A stretch of 64,000 bases of DNA. Origin: Lama guanicoe (taxonomy: Eukaryota). Location of the stretch: assembly GCA_013239625.1 (NCBI GenBank), contig MU057202.1:2927101-2991100 (forward strand). Direction: 5' to 3'. Under the pieces are notes generated by a model. The model was not told the origin of the DNA. It saw only the letters and a list, made by a program, of their open reading frames with translations, and searched no databases. The position numbers were made by a program, and so were the translations under genes. Position 1 is the first letter of the stretch; each line of letters opens with the position of its first letter. Shown piece by piece: positions 12,301 to 24,300 of this stretch.

Positions 12301-15300
12301 GTTTTATTTCCCAGAGGATCTTTTTTTTTTCAAAAAGGTTGATGGATGTTTGTGGAAAGGCTGATCTGGTTTTTTGAGCCCTCCTGGCTCCTGGGTCGAG
12401 AGGCCTCCTTTGGGGCGTCTCTTCTCTGGCAGCCCTGAACCACGGTCGTGGCCGGGTACCCAGTGTTCAGTCCCCAGTCAGAAGTGCAGTGTTTCATGGG
12501 CTTCAGACAATGACAAACTCAAGATCGGGCTGTTTGAATTGTGAAGAGGTTGTTTGGTCTTAGCCGTGACGAACTGGTTTCCGACTTTCCTTACCAACTT
12601 TTGAGTTTTGGTGTTTGCATTTAGTTTTGTGTACACACGGTTTCCTTTCCTGACTGGTCTATATGGCCTGGCACAGCTCTCCACTTCTGGTGACCTAGTG
12701 ATGACACCCTGTGCATGTCAGGGCTGCTGACCAGAGAAGACATGCCGTTCGCGTGCATACGCACAGCTTCGGGGACGGTACGCCTGATGGCTCAGAGACG
12801 CCGTCTGATAACCGAGGCAGATGTCATCAGCTTTGATAGACCGTGCCCCTCCTGGCTTCAGGCCCGCTCACTCCTCAGGACTGGATTGCGCTGGGTCTGA
12901 AGGTGACTCGGAGAGGACGCCTGTGCTCCCAGCACCGAGCCTCTGCTCCACGGCGTGGCGCCCCTCTCAGCGTGCCTTGTGGTCCCCACCGTGAAGCTCG
13001 TACTCGAGTTTTCCGAGGCTTGTCTCCAGGCGCGGCACGCTCGGCGCTGCCGTGAGTGGTGATGTGCTCCGAGTGCCGGTTTACGGCTGCCCGGTGGGGC
13101 GTGCAGAGAGGCAGTGGGTTTTCTCTGCCGACCTTTGTGCTGCCTTGTTTCTAAACCCACTTGTTTTAGGCCTTTTCTCTAGGGAGTTTTAAAAGCTCTG
13201 CTTCCTGTCGGATTTCTGCACCTTTGCTTACTCTGCTGCTCCGGGCAGGGCCGCCGCTTCAGTGTCCGCTTCAGAAAACACCTCTGCCTTGTCTCTCACC
13301 TGAGTGGCAGCCTCGAGTGTCCCGCCGCTAGGTGTGAGGTGAGCTGGGCGGTCTTCACGGCTGCTCTTTGTCAGGAGAGGAGGCTCCCCTTGATCCCTTG
13401 CCTCGTCAGAGCGTCCATGCTGAGCAGGCGCTGAGCTTGTACGTGCTGTGACGGGTGTCCTTGGGATGATGGCTTGGCCCTCCTCCTGTTGGTGCTGTTG
13501 CTGCGGTGAGTCACGCTGACTGATCCCGGGCAGGAAGGCGGCCTTGCGTCTCTGCTGCCGCAGCCTGGCTTGGTCACGGGGGGTCCCCTTTTGTGTGTCT
13601 CTGCGCAGGTTTTGCGCGCACCTGGTCCAGGGTTCCGCGTCTCTGTTCACGGGCCGCGTGTGTCTGTAGCTCTCTTTTTTGACACGTCTGCTTTGTTGTT
13701 GGGGTGACAGCCTCAGAGTGAGCCGGGGGGGCCGCCCTCTCTGTGCGTCTGCGAGCGTCTCTGCGGGGCCAGTTCCACCTCTCCCCTCCGTGCCTGGTGA
13801 AGTCTCTTCCCTCCGCGCCTGGTGGGGCCGCCGGCATGGCCGGCTGGGCCTGGGCTTCCACCGTGAACTCGGCCTCTGTCACGGACGCGGGGCTTTAGTA
13901 AATGGCGTTTTCAGGTTGGTGGTGTTGGATGTCACCCTCAGGAGAGTCCTTGTCATCGAGTCTGGGGTTTTTCAGCATCGTGTCCCCTCTCAGGTGTCAG
14001 TGAGTCCACAGGATGCTCTGGCCTAGTCTCCTCTGGCCTGGGCATTTTCCCAGACCCCCTTTCCTAGGTCTTTCTGAGGAGCGCGGTGTAGGTGTTTGCT
14101 GGGAGCCCCCGGCTGGGGTCGGCCCGGTTCGTCTCTCGTGGTGGGCGTGGGGGGCAGACCACGGGTGCAGCTGTCCTGGGCTTGTGGGCATGCGGGCCGG
14201 GTGTGCTCGCGGGGCCAGGGAGCCTGCCGGCCACAGTCCCTGGGGCTCCCGCCGCTCCGTCCCCGCCTGTAGCCCAGGCCCCTGCGCGAGCTGGGCTCGT
14301 GTCTGTGCTGGGCTTTGGGTTGAGCCCCGTGCTGTGTGCAGCTCGCTGGCCGGGGCTGGTGCCGGGAGCGCTCCCTGGGGGCGCCTGTGCCCCCCGGCCC
14401 GTCCCCCGCGGGGTTTGGTTTGGTTGGAGCACTTACGGCCTTTCTGGTCTGCACGGTCCTCGAGGCACCACCTCTGCCTTTGCTGGGAGCGGCTGCCGGA
14501 GCGGAGGTGCGGCGCTGGGGTCTTGCTGCCCTGGGGTCCCTCTGTGCTGCGGCTGTGCGTCCGCCCGTTGTCCTGGGTCGCGTTCCTCGCTCCTGGGAGG
14601 AGGGGGAGGAGGAACACGCTGCTCCTCTCTGGCTTCCCTCTCTGAGTCCGTCCTGTACCCCACTGGCTTCGGTAGGGGGTCGGGTGGGGGTGATGGGGCC
14701 AGAGGGTGTGGGGGGGGCAGTTGGGAACCCGTGCCTTCCGCACCCTGTCCGCGCCAAGCAGCTAGTGTTTGAGGTTTGTCGCAGTGGGGCACCCCATTTT
14801 TCTGGTGCATTGGTTGTTTGGGGGCAGTTGGGAGCTGATTTTACACTGTATTTTGCTCGTCTCGCTAGTTATTGGAAAGAAATTCTGATGCTAATTTAGT
14901 CTCATCCCTATGGTGTTGTTTTGGATCCTGGTTTTTGTGACCTTTGGCTCTTTAACCTGCAAGCATTAGAAATAAACCCTTTAAAACAAGCGTTAGCAAC
15001 TGTTCAGACGCTGGGCGTGTTGGTCGGGTCACCTGAGCTGCTGCAGCGGAGGACGCCCAAGGCCATAGTTTGCCTCTCGCTCGCATTTGTGGTGTCCTGT
15101 GGCGTTTCTGGTCCCCACACACTCTCCCCATGTGGCCGTGAGGCCCTGAGCCTCCCGTCCATGCTGTGCTACTCCATGAGGTCCCCAGTGTCTGTGAACT
15201 CTGGCTACCTTTCCACGGAGGGGGACGGGGAAATATAGCCTGGCAGTGTGGCGGCTCCCAGAACAGGACCACCTATGAAAGGGGGAAGGGGGTCATGGTG

Positions 15301-18300
15301 GACCCCAGTCTGGCCCCTCTCAGGTGTGAGGACTTCAGGGCACATGGTTTTATTGTTTCCCTGAGGATTGCTACCCTGTATCCTGCGTACTTTTTTTTTT
15401 GCTCTTGTTGAAACCCCAAGACTGGTAAACAATTCTGTTTTTTAAAGCACATTACACTGAACACAGTTTCTTGTTTTATCATGACCCACGTTCTTGTGTG
15501 TCATGCAGGAGAGCAACTGGAAGCTGGTGGGAGGACATGTACCTTGGGAGCAAGTATCAGTGGCATTTTCTCATAAAAAGAAAACAGAATGACTTGAGAT
15601 TCTTGCTAGCTTGTTTTTGTCAACAGAGGTTCTCATAAAAATTAGAAAATCAATATAGCATCAGATTTCCCAAACCAAACCAGGTGAGTAATTATTCTGA
15701 ACTGCAGGCCAGTTTCAGGATACAATGTAGTGGGGCCGCCTGCAGGTGGACGGGAGGCAGCAGCTTTTTCGGGTGTTTCCCCGTGTTCTGCTAGGGCTCC
15801 TGCCCCAGCACGGGAAGCACCGTTGGGCGACACTGTGTGAACAGACGTCACACATGACGTGACTGCCTCACACGGGTGCTGGCAGAAATAATCAATAAAC
15901 AGTCCGTGACCGGGATAGAAAGAGAGTTTTATTTGAGCCACACTGAGGACGACAGCCCGGGAGACACCTCGCAGGTCACTCTGAGGAGCTGCTTTGCAGA
16001 AGCAGGGTTTTCTGCACAGATTTATGTCTTGTCAGAATAAAGAACACCCAGCAAGTCAGGGATGTATCTCCTCAAGATTTCAGAAAAAGCAGAGAACGTT
16101 CACTGAGAGTCAGGGCGGCCCTGGCGCCGTGAAGAGCGCCTCCTTGTGGGAGGAGCCCCGGCACTGGCGTCCCGGGAAGGGGTGTCGCGTCTTCATTTTC
16201 AACACGACCTCCTTTGCTCCTGGTCAGGGCGCCCTTTTCTTTAGTAATCAGAGCAGGTGCACAGTACATGTTGGATTGGCCACAAATGGGCTGTTCTTAT
16301 TGACACAGGGTGGTGGTTAACGCACGGGTCTCGGCGTATGAGCGTCTTTCTGATCCCAGGAGTGGGGGGAGGACGTGCCATCGCCCAGTGCTGGGGGGCA
16401 GTTCAGTCCCCGGTCAGCACTGGAGGCAGGCTCTGGCGCTGGTTGGGGTTCAGACTGATCCCCTCACCAAGCCGCACGGTGGGTTTGGAAACAGACCTGC
16501 AGAGATGCCGACTAGATTCCGCGAAGGTGCAGAGTCATCGGAGGAAGGGTGGGAGGACAGGAGGTGCTGGAGCGGTTGGCCTCCAAGGGCGGAGTGAGCG
16601 GCATAACCCCGAGGAGACCTCACGCCTGAGCAGAGAGGAATTCTAAACTGATCACAGATTTCAGCGTAAGATGTAAAACTATAAAACTTTCAAATGAAAA
16701 CAGAGGGGAGAACCTTTGGGACCTGGAGCCAGGCAGAGACTTCCCAGACTTCCCAGCAGAAGCACCGTCCCCGCATGCACGCATGCTCGCACACGCACAT
16801 GCACACATGTGCACACACACGCAGGTAAATTGGACGGATCAGGATTGAAAACTGACACCTGTGAAAGACCTGCCAGGAGGGAAAGACAAGAAGCAGATGA
16901 GGAGACGGTGTCAGCAAGCCGCGCGTCTGCGGAGGACAGGGAGGTCGTCTCAAGTAAGGAACCCTTGAACCTCAGCGGTGGAAAACCAGATGGTCCAGTT
17001 AGAAAGTCAGAAAAAGCAGAGTGTTTGACCAGAGTGAGAATCCATGTGGAAGGCTGTCCAGCATTGCTGGCCTTCAGGACTAAAACCGTGATGAGATGGC
17101 ACCCTGGCCCATCAGAGGCTAAATGACAGTGACATCACAGATGCCACCTGGGCCGTGGCTGGTGGGCACGTCCGATGGGGCTGAGGCTCTGGAAACAGGT
17201 GGGAAGGATCTCGTGAAGTCATAGTGTCCTCACCGCGTGGCCCCGCAAGCTCGTTCTGGGGCGTTTATCCCAGAGAAGTGGACGCTCACGTTCACACAAA
17301 ACCTCCACGTGAGTGTCCACGGCAGCTTCGTTTATAAGAACCACACCCTGCAAACACCCGAGGCCCCTCCGGGGGTGAGAGGTTCAGCAGACGGGGGCGG
17401 TGCCCCGAAACAAATGCTCGGGCCACAGAAACGGCAAACCCGCAGCGCCGCCCCAGGGATCTCCACAGGGGGCGTCTCCAAGGTCACACGCTGCGTGCCT
17501 CCACCCCTGTGACGGCCTCCAGGTGTCAGAGTGGTGGGGGGACAGGTTAGTGGTCGCGGGGACGCGCAGGGTGGGTGTCCACAGGGGCACAAGGCCGCTC
17601 CTCGGCGGTGGCAGGGCAGTGGCTCAGGTGCACACGCGAGGGGAACCCACCTGCGCACACATGTGGGAGCGTACAGAGACTGGTGCATACAGGAGGGGAA
17701 AGCGCACAGAAGCACATGTGTGTGCACACAGGGACGAGACCTGGACGAGGCCGGGGTCTCGGTGGCCGCGTTGTCCCAGGGTCGCTTTCTTGCTCTTGGT
17801 ATTGTGCTGCAGTTTACACGGGATTCACCGTCGGGGACACAGGACTCTGTACGTTCCCATGGGTCTGTAATCACCGCAAGATGTGTCTGTCAGGGTTCAG
17901 CCAGAGAAGCAGAACCAGGAAGAGATAGGTGTGTTTGTGAGAGACAGACAGACAGACATGGGGAGAGAGCCAGTAAGAGCCAGAAGGAGCTTACTGCAGG
18001 GAACTGGCTTACAGTTGTGGGGGCGGCCACGCACGTTTGAAGTCTGTGGGGCAGGTGGGACTCCACGGCCAGAGCTGAGTGGTGTCCCCGAGGCCAGGGA
18101 CAGCCTTACCCACCTGAGCATGCCAGGGTGATCTCTTTTTTGATTAATTTCTCAGCAGCCGGTTAGGACTTCAATCACATCTGCACAGTCCCTTCAGGGC
18201 AGCACCGGAGTCGTGTCTGATTGAGTGACGGGGCCATGGCTCAGCCTGGGCCACTCGGCGTTGTGACAGTTGTTCCAAACTGACCCTCGGAGAGCCACGT

Positions 18301-21300
18301 GCTTCTTCTTAACGTTACACGGGCGTTCTGTAATTTCTGAAAAATGAAACACTGTTTTGTACACGTTGAGGTTGGTGTAAATCGCGTTAGTGGAGAGGGC
18401 ATAACTTCCCACAAGTTACAGTGTTGATGTCTGGAAACAGACCGATCGTTGCTCTCGCAGGCGCTTCCGCTGTCACCTCAGGACCGTCAGTCATCGAACA
18501 GCCCACGGGCAGGCCGCTGATGATCAGCGCGCACAGGGCTCCTTGCGCCTCCTGGACGGACATCCCCGTTTCATTTCCTTCACAGACCTTTATCCTGGCA
18601 GCCGGGCTGTGACACTCCTTTGCAGCACAAGTAGGGACAGACACTGAAGCTGGAACTTCGTTTCCTGTAACCGTGAGGCCTGGAGGGCTCGGTGAACTCG
18701 CCTGGGTTGAGTTCTCATTGCAGCTGTTGGTTCACAGTTGAACGAAACCACAGAAGTTACTGCTAGTTTTTACCTAGTTCTTAATAACGCGGCACTGTGA
18801 ACGCTCCCTGGAGGTGGGGGGGCTGCGGTTTTAGTTAATTCCTGGATCTGTGGACGACGAGGGTCAGTGTGGCGCTTGAAATGACTCAAGGTTCAACATG
18901 GGTTCTGTCTGTGTCTTTAGGTTTGATGGTTTTGAGTTCTGAAGCTCTTTGTCTGCATAGATATGTGGACGAGGAAGGAGCTCTCAGTGCTTCACGGTGT
19001 GTGCCGAAACCCTTAGTGGTCTCTCGCCGGAAGTTACTCTGGCGATCTGTGAGCTGAGGACATGAGTGGGCTGTCCGTCTGCTGTGCGAAGCGGGCTGGA
19101 GGGAGCGGTCGCCGGCCGAGCCGTGGCGCCCTCACCCCAGGCCGGCCGGGGTTTGGCCCGAGGCCAGCATCCGTGCGACACTGCTCCTCCTTGTGGTCCG
19201 AGTGGGGGAAAAGGACTTTGTGGGGGGGCAGACACGCTGACTGGGGCTGCTCTCAGGGCGAGCGTCTGGGGAGCAGTGCCTCTGGGAGCTGAGTTGCCGA
19301 GAGCGCTGCGCGATCAGGTCCCCCGGGAGTCTGGGGCGCTCCCGGGCCTACCCGCGCTCCAGTGTGACCGTCCCGACCCGGGTCTCAGGCCGTTGCTTCC
19401 TTGATCGTCAGGGAAAGAAAGGATCTTTAGGGAAAAGGGTGGATTTAGTCAAACATCTTTCCTGCTGGGGGCTGGAGTATGTTTTAATCCGTTCCCCGCA
19501 GACCTGCCAGGCCCATGTGTGCTGATGTCTGTGGTGGCTTCGTTGATGGGGTGTTTGGGACCTGGGAGACACTGGCATTCCACGGGACGCTTGTTCGGCC
19601 TCCTGTTTCGATATGTGGGAAGCTGGAACCTTCGTGTGCAGCCTGGCTGTGAGCTCGGTACCGAGTCAGAGGTCGCCTGGGGGGCCCGTGCTGGCTCACG
19701 TGTGGGTGGGGCGGCAGGACTGGGCGGGCACTGCAACGAGCAGCATCCCTGAGGGCTGGACACCTTGGGGTGGCCCCCGCGCGGCTGATCATGCTTTTGT
19801 TTTAGGAGACACCTTGGGTCCTGCGATTCCCTTGAGCATGAAGCAGTGCAGTTGGAGCCTCCGATTTGGGGGGAGGGCATTCACAGCCGCGTGGCTGTGA
19901 GGGGGGCTCGCTTCTCCCATGTGCTTTGGGGGATGGGAGGTCTACCGCCGAGTTGTTTTTGGAGAGTGAAGTCAAGGAGTGACATCCTTCGCAGGTGACA
20001 CTGCTCTGCACCGCAGCCTCCACCGTGGGGCCCCCTCTCCAGGCCCCTGTGGCTGGGAGGCAACCAGGGGACGTGTCCACGACCGTGTGCCCGTCTGCGT
20101 GTGCAAATGTGCGTCTTCACTCAGAGGAGCCCGTGCGGGCGCAGTGCTGTAGCGTCATGTCCTGCAGAGCTGAGTCCCCTCCCTTTGGCTGTGGTCCCGC
20201 CCCCCCCTTCCTCTGCGCAGCACCGGCATCCTGGACCGGTACCGACGAGTACCTCGGTCACGAAGACCTAGATCTCAGATCGGAGTTCGCTGGGATGGAG
20301 TCAGTGAAAGCATCAAGCTGCTTTTCGCGCAAACGTGCTGTGTCAGAAACCTTGCTAACTGCACGGTAGCAGCTTGTGGCCCCACCTCCCCTGAAACGGT
20401 GCGAATGTTCCTGACTCTGCTCTGCCGAGAGCACCAGCCACGCGGCAGGGCACCGTCTCCCCGCGGGAGGCCCCTTCGCTGGGTCGTGACGCCCGTGTCC
20501 CGCTGGGGCCACTCCCCCGGACCGGGGCGCCAGGGCTGACTGTCGATTACTCGGATGTGCTGGGACAGTGAATGCTGCTGTGTTAAGGTCTTCTTTTCTC
20601 TGTGATTCTTTTGTTCCCTAGCGTCGTCCCCCAGACCACAGTAATTCTCAACAGTGACCGGCAGAGCGCCATTGTAGCCAAGACGGAAGACCCCCTGGGC
20701 AGCAGGGCGCCGGAGCCCCTGGAAAATATCCTTAGCAAGTCAGTAGCACGCCACCACCCTCCACTGCCACCGCCACCGCCGGGGCCCCTCGGGGGCGGGG
20801 CGGCGGCCCAGGCACCCCTGCCGTTGGCCCGCGGTTCCCCGTGGTCGGGGGGCTGCGCTGGATGGGGCAGGGCCCAGGGGTCCCTGCTCGCACGTGCTGT
20901 GGGGAGGCGCTGTGTTCTCACCACGGTCCGTGGACCTCGTCCTCCCACCCCCGTCCCATCTGTCTGTCTGTCTGTCTGTCTGTCCGGAGCACGTCAGGTC
21001 AGCGGACGCCCTCCCTGGTTGGCGCAGTGACGGAGGCGTTCTGAGGTGGTGCTTTTTTCTCACTCCCTTTTCTTTGGAGACGTTTGGGACGTGACCTCGG
21101 TCAGAAATGGGCGCGCTGGAAGCGCACGGTCGCCCCTCATGTGACAGCGGCCCCGCTGCTCGAGGTTCCTGGGGGAGGAAAGGCGGCGGAGGGCCGGTCC
21201 GCGGGGGGCCGGGTCCCCCAGGTGTGGCCCGGCCTCAGCGCTCTGACCGCGGGGACGGGGCACCGCTGCTTCCCCTCCCTCGGTGCGCAGCCGCCTCTTG

Positions 21301-24300
21301 CAGGGAAGTCGAGGGGGTCATCAGGAAGGCAGGGAGTGCGTCTCCACACCATTCTTTTTTGGGGCACTTCGGGGAGCTGGCTGGTGGTCTGTTTTTCTGC
21401 AGTCTCTCACTGCTCCGTGTCAGGTCCCTCGTGGTGGTGAGATAGCCCCAGGAGATTCTCGACTGGCTTTTTAAACCCACTTCAGTGGTTTTTGTCAGTG
21501 GGACTCGGGGGCGATACCTACACTTTCACGGGCTGAGTCATTCCTGGGCCGTCTCCCGGACGGCGGGGCGGGGGGCGCGGTCGGAGCCCCTGGGCACGCT
21601 TTCTGCAGACGCGGCCCGGAACGCCGCTCTGACTCACACGGGAGCGCTTTGTAGGGTCACCTCTGTGATCGGAAGGCAGCGTTCGAGGCTTGAGTCACAG
21701 CGAGCTGTCATTTCACTTCTGTGGCAGACACAGTTTTCCTAAATGCTTCAAATTTCACAGTTTCTTTGAACGCTTGGCTGCCTCCTGCTGTCCAAGGCCA
21801 TTAGTCTGGCAGAGGGAGCCGTGTGGGAGGACACGTGGCCCAGGCGCGGGCAGCGGGGCTCTGAGAGACGCGGGAGCGCAGGGGCAGGGCGCGCTGGTCC
21901 CCGCCTGTGGTTGCCTTGCTCTCACGACACTGGTGTTTCTGTTTCCCGCTCAGCGCGGTTCCTGGCCGTCGGCAGAACACCATCGTGGTCAAGGTGCCGG
22001 GTCAGGAGGACGGCCATGAGGACGGGGAGAGCGGGTCCGAGGCCAGCGACTCCGTGTCCAACTGCGGACAGTCTGGAAGCCAGAGCATCGGCAACAACGT
22101 CACCCTCATCACCCTGAACTCGGAAGGTGCGCCCGCCCGCCGCCCGGCTCCCCCCTCCCTCTGCGTGAGCGGTGACAGGCGTGAGGTCGGCCCCGCATGA
22201 CGCGGGCATCCACCGTGCGGGCCCGCCACTCGTGGCTTTGTGCGGTGGACACCTGGAGCTCTGTGACCCGCACACAGGGCATGAGTGCAGGGCTGCGGCT
22301 GGGGAGGGACGGCTGAAAGGTAGAGTCGGGTTTTCTATGCGCAGAGGGTGAGTGCCCAACACCCACGTCGTTCAGGGCCAACTGCAATTTTCTTTTCTGC
22401 TTTTTAGAAAAGTCACACATGTTTATTGTTTTTAAAAGGTGATAAGGCATAAAAATGATGAAGAAAGTGAAAATATTGTGGAAAATAGTGTGTCCAGAGA
22501 TCTCTATGAATCTTTTGGGCTTTTTCTGTTTGTAATGCACACATGTTATACTTAGACTTTATAACTTGCTTTTCCCCACTGCACAGTCAAAGTCTCCCCC
22601 CGTTGCTCAGAGCTACAGAGTCGTTTCACGGGGTGCCGCTGTCACTGAGCCGCGTCCTGGAGGCTAGTGTCTAATGATGGATGCTTGTAGGTCTCCATCC
22701 AGCGGGCGGCTCACTGCTCAGACCCCGGCCCCGGCCCGTGTGAGGAGGGCCTCACACAGCCTCGAGGGCCTGCATATCCAGGTGGAGTCCACATGGGCCG
22801 CGCCACCCCCGCCTGCCGCGGTGCAGAGGGGACGTCCTCGCTCCTGCCGGGTCTGGGGTCCACTGTTGTTGGGCCTGGGTCCAAGTGGGCCCTTCAGCAC
22901 AGCTGTGTCGGGCTTCCGAGGGCCGCTGACTGTGCGAGGGAAGCGAGGACAGACAAGGGTAGCGGCACGTTGCCGAGTCTACAGCTTGTGATTCGTCAGC
23001 TGGGAAGAACTGGGAAGGTGTTTCTGCTTCTGTGTCTGAGTCATTGATTTTCCCCAAAAACACGACAGAGATTTTTCTGTGGAACAGAGATTTCCCTTTG
23101 AGGAAGACTGGGTACCGTGTCTGAGACACTGAAAATTGTCTTCCCCATAATGTCGTCCAGTCCTGGCAGACGCTGCTGGGACTGAGCTGGCAGAGCAGGG
23201 CGCACAGGAAAAGTGAATTGGGCAACTTTTAGAAAAGGATTGAGATCTAATTTACTTACCATGAAATTGACCATTTTGAAGCGTTCACATTGGTGGGCTC
23301 CAGGGCAGACACCAAGTGGGCAGCCCCACCCCCGAGAGCTCCGGGCGGTCACTCCCAGCGCCCCGCGCCCGGCCTGGCCGCCGCTGCCCTGCGTTCCGAC
23401 CCGCCCCTGCTGTGGCCAGGTGATGTCCGTCACGTGGCTGGGGCGCATTTTGCTCATCTGCTCCCCCGTCAGTGGACGCTTGGGTTGCTTCCGCTTTGGG
23501 GCTGTTACGCCAAGTGCTGCTGCGAACGTTCGGGTGGAGGTCTCCGTGTGGCTGACGCACTCATTCCCTTGGGCTGGTGCCTGGGGTGGAGTGGCTGGGT
23601 CGGGGCGGCGAGGCTTTGGACGCACTGAATTTGAGGAGAAGAGGGAAGCTCCTGACTTCACCCAGGTGGGTGGTGAATCAAAGGCACACTTGCTTCAGTT
23701 GCAGAGGAAGCGAACTGTCTTTACTCCTTTTCCAGGTGGATTTTGGGTAAATATCCATGTAGGTGTGACTGCCTACTTCAGGCCTAGTTTATTTGGTTTA
23801 AACTGCATCCAGCTATGAAACATAACATTGGATAATCTGGGCAGATTCTGGGGTTATCATGAAAAGAAAAACATTTCACCTTTTAAGTTTATGTTTCTTA
23901 ATGTGACATGATTAATGTAAACTGTATTTCCGTGGGGGCCACTGCAGCGTGACCCTCATGTGAACGTATGGAAAGTCCAGTTTCGAGCTTGTGAGTATTG
24001 ATAACTGTAGGGAAAAACATGGATTTTTGTGTGTCTGCGTTTGCTGACACCGTTTTTGGGAGCATCACCCCTGCAGTTCCGACGTCATGAGCACGTTGAG
24101 CTGAGGACCTCAGCTGGTGTGGAGGTTTGTGAAGGTGGCGCAGAGACAGGGGTATCTCTGAGCAACTGCCGTGCTTGTGAATGTGGGGGAAGAGCTTATC
24201 TGTGGACCCTGTTGTGTGGAGCTGAGGCGGCGGCAGCTGGGAGAATTAGGAGTGCACTGAGAATCGGATCAGCTGTTTCACGCTGCGTCCTCCCTGGACC

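Noticed and set aside
13997-14899. Stack of 180-250 aa ORFs open in nearly all six frames
   Set aside because: Stop-codon depletion in very GC-rich sequence; low-complexity translations with no coding signature.
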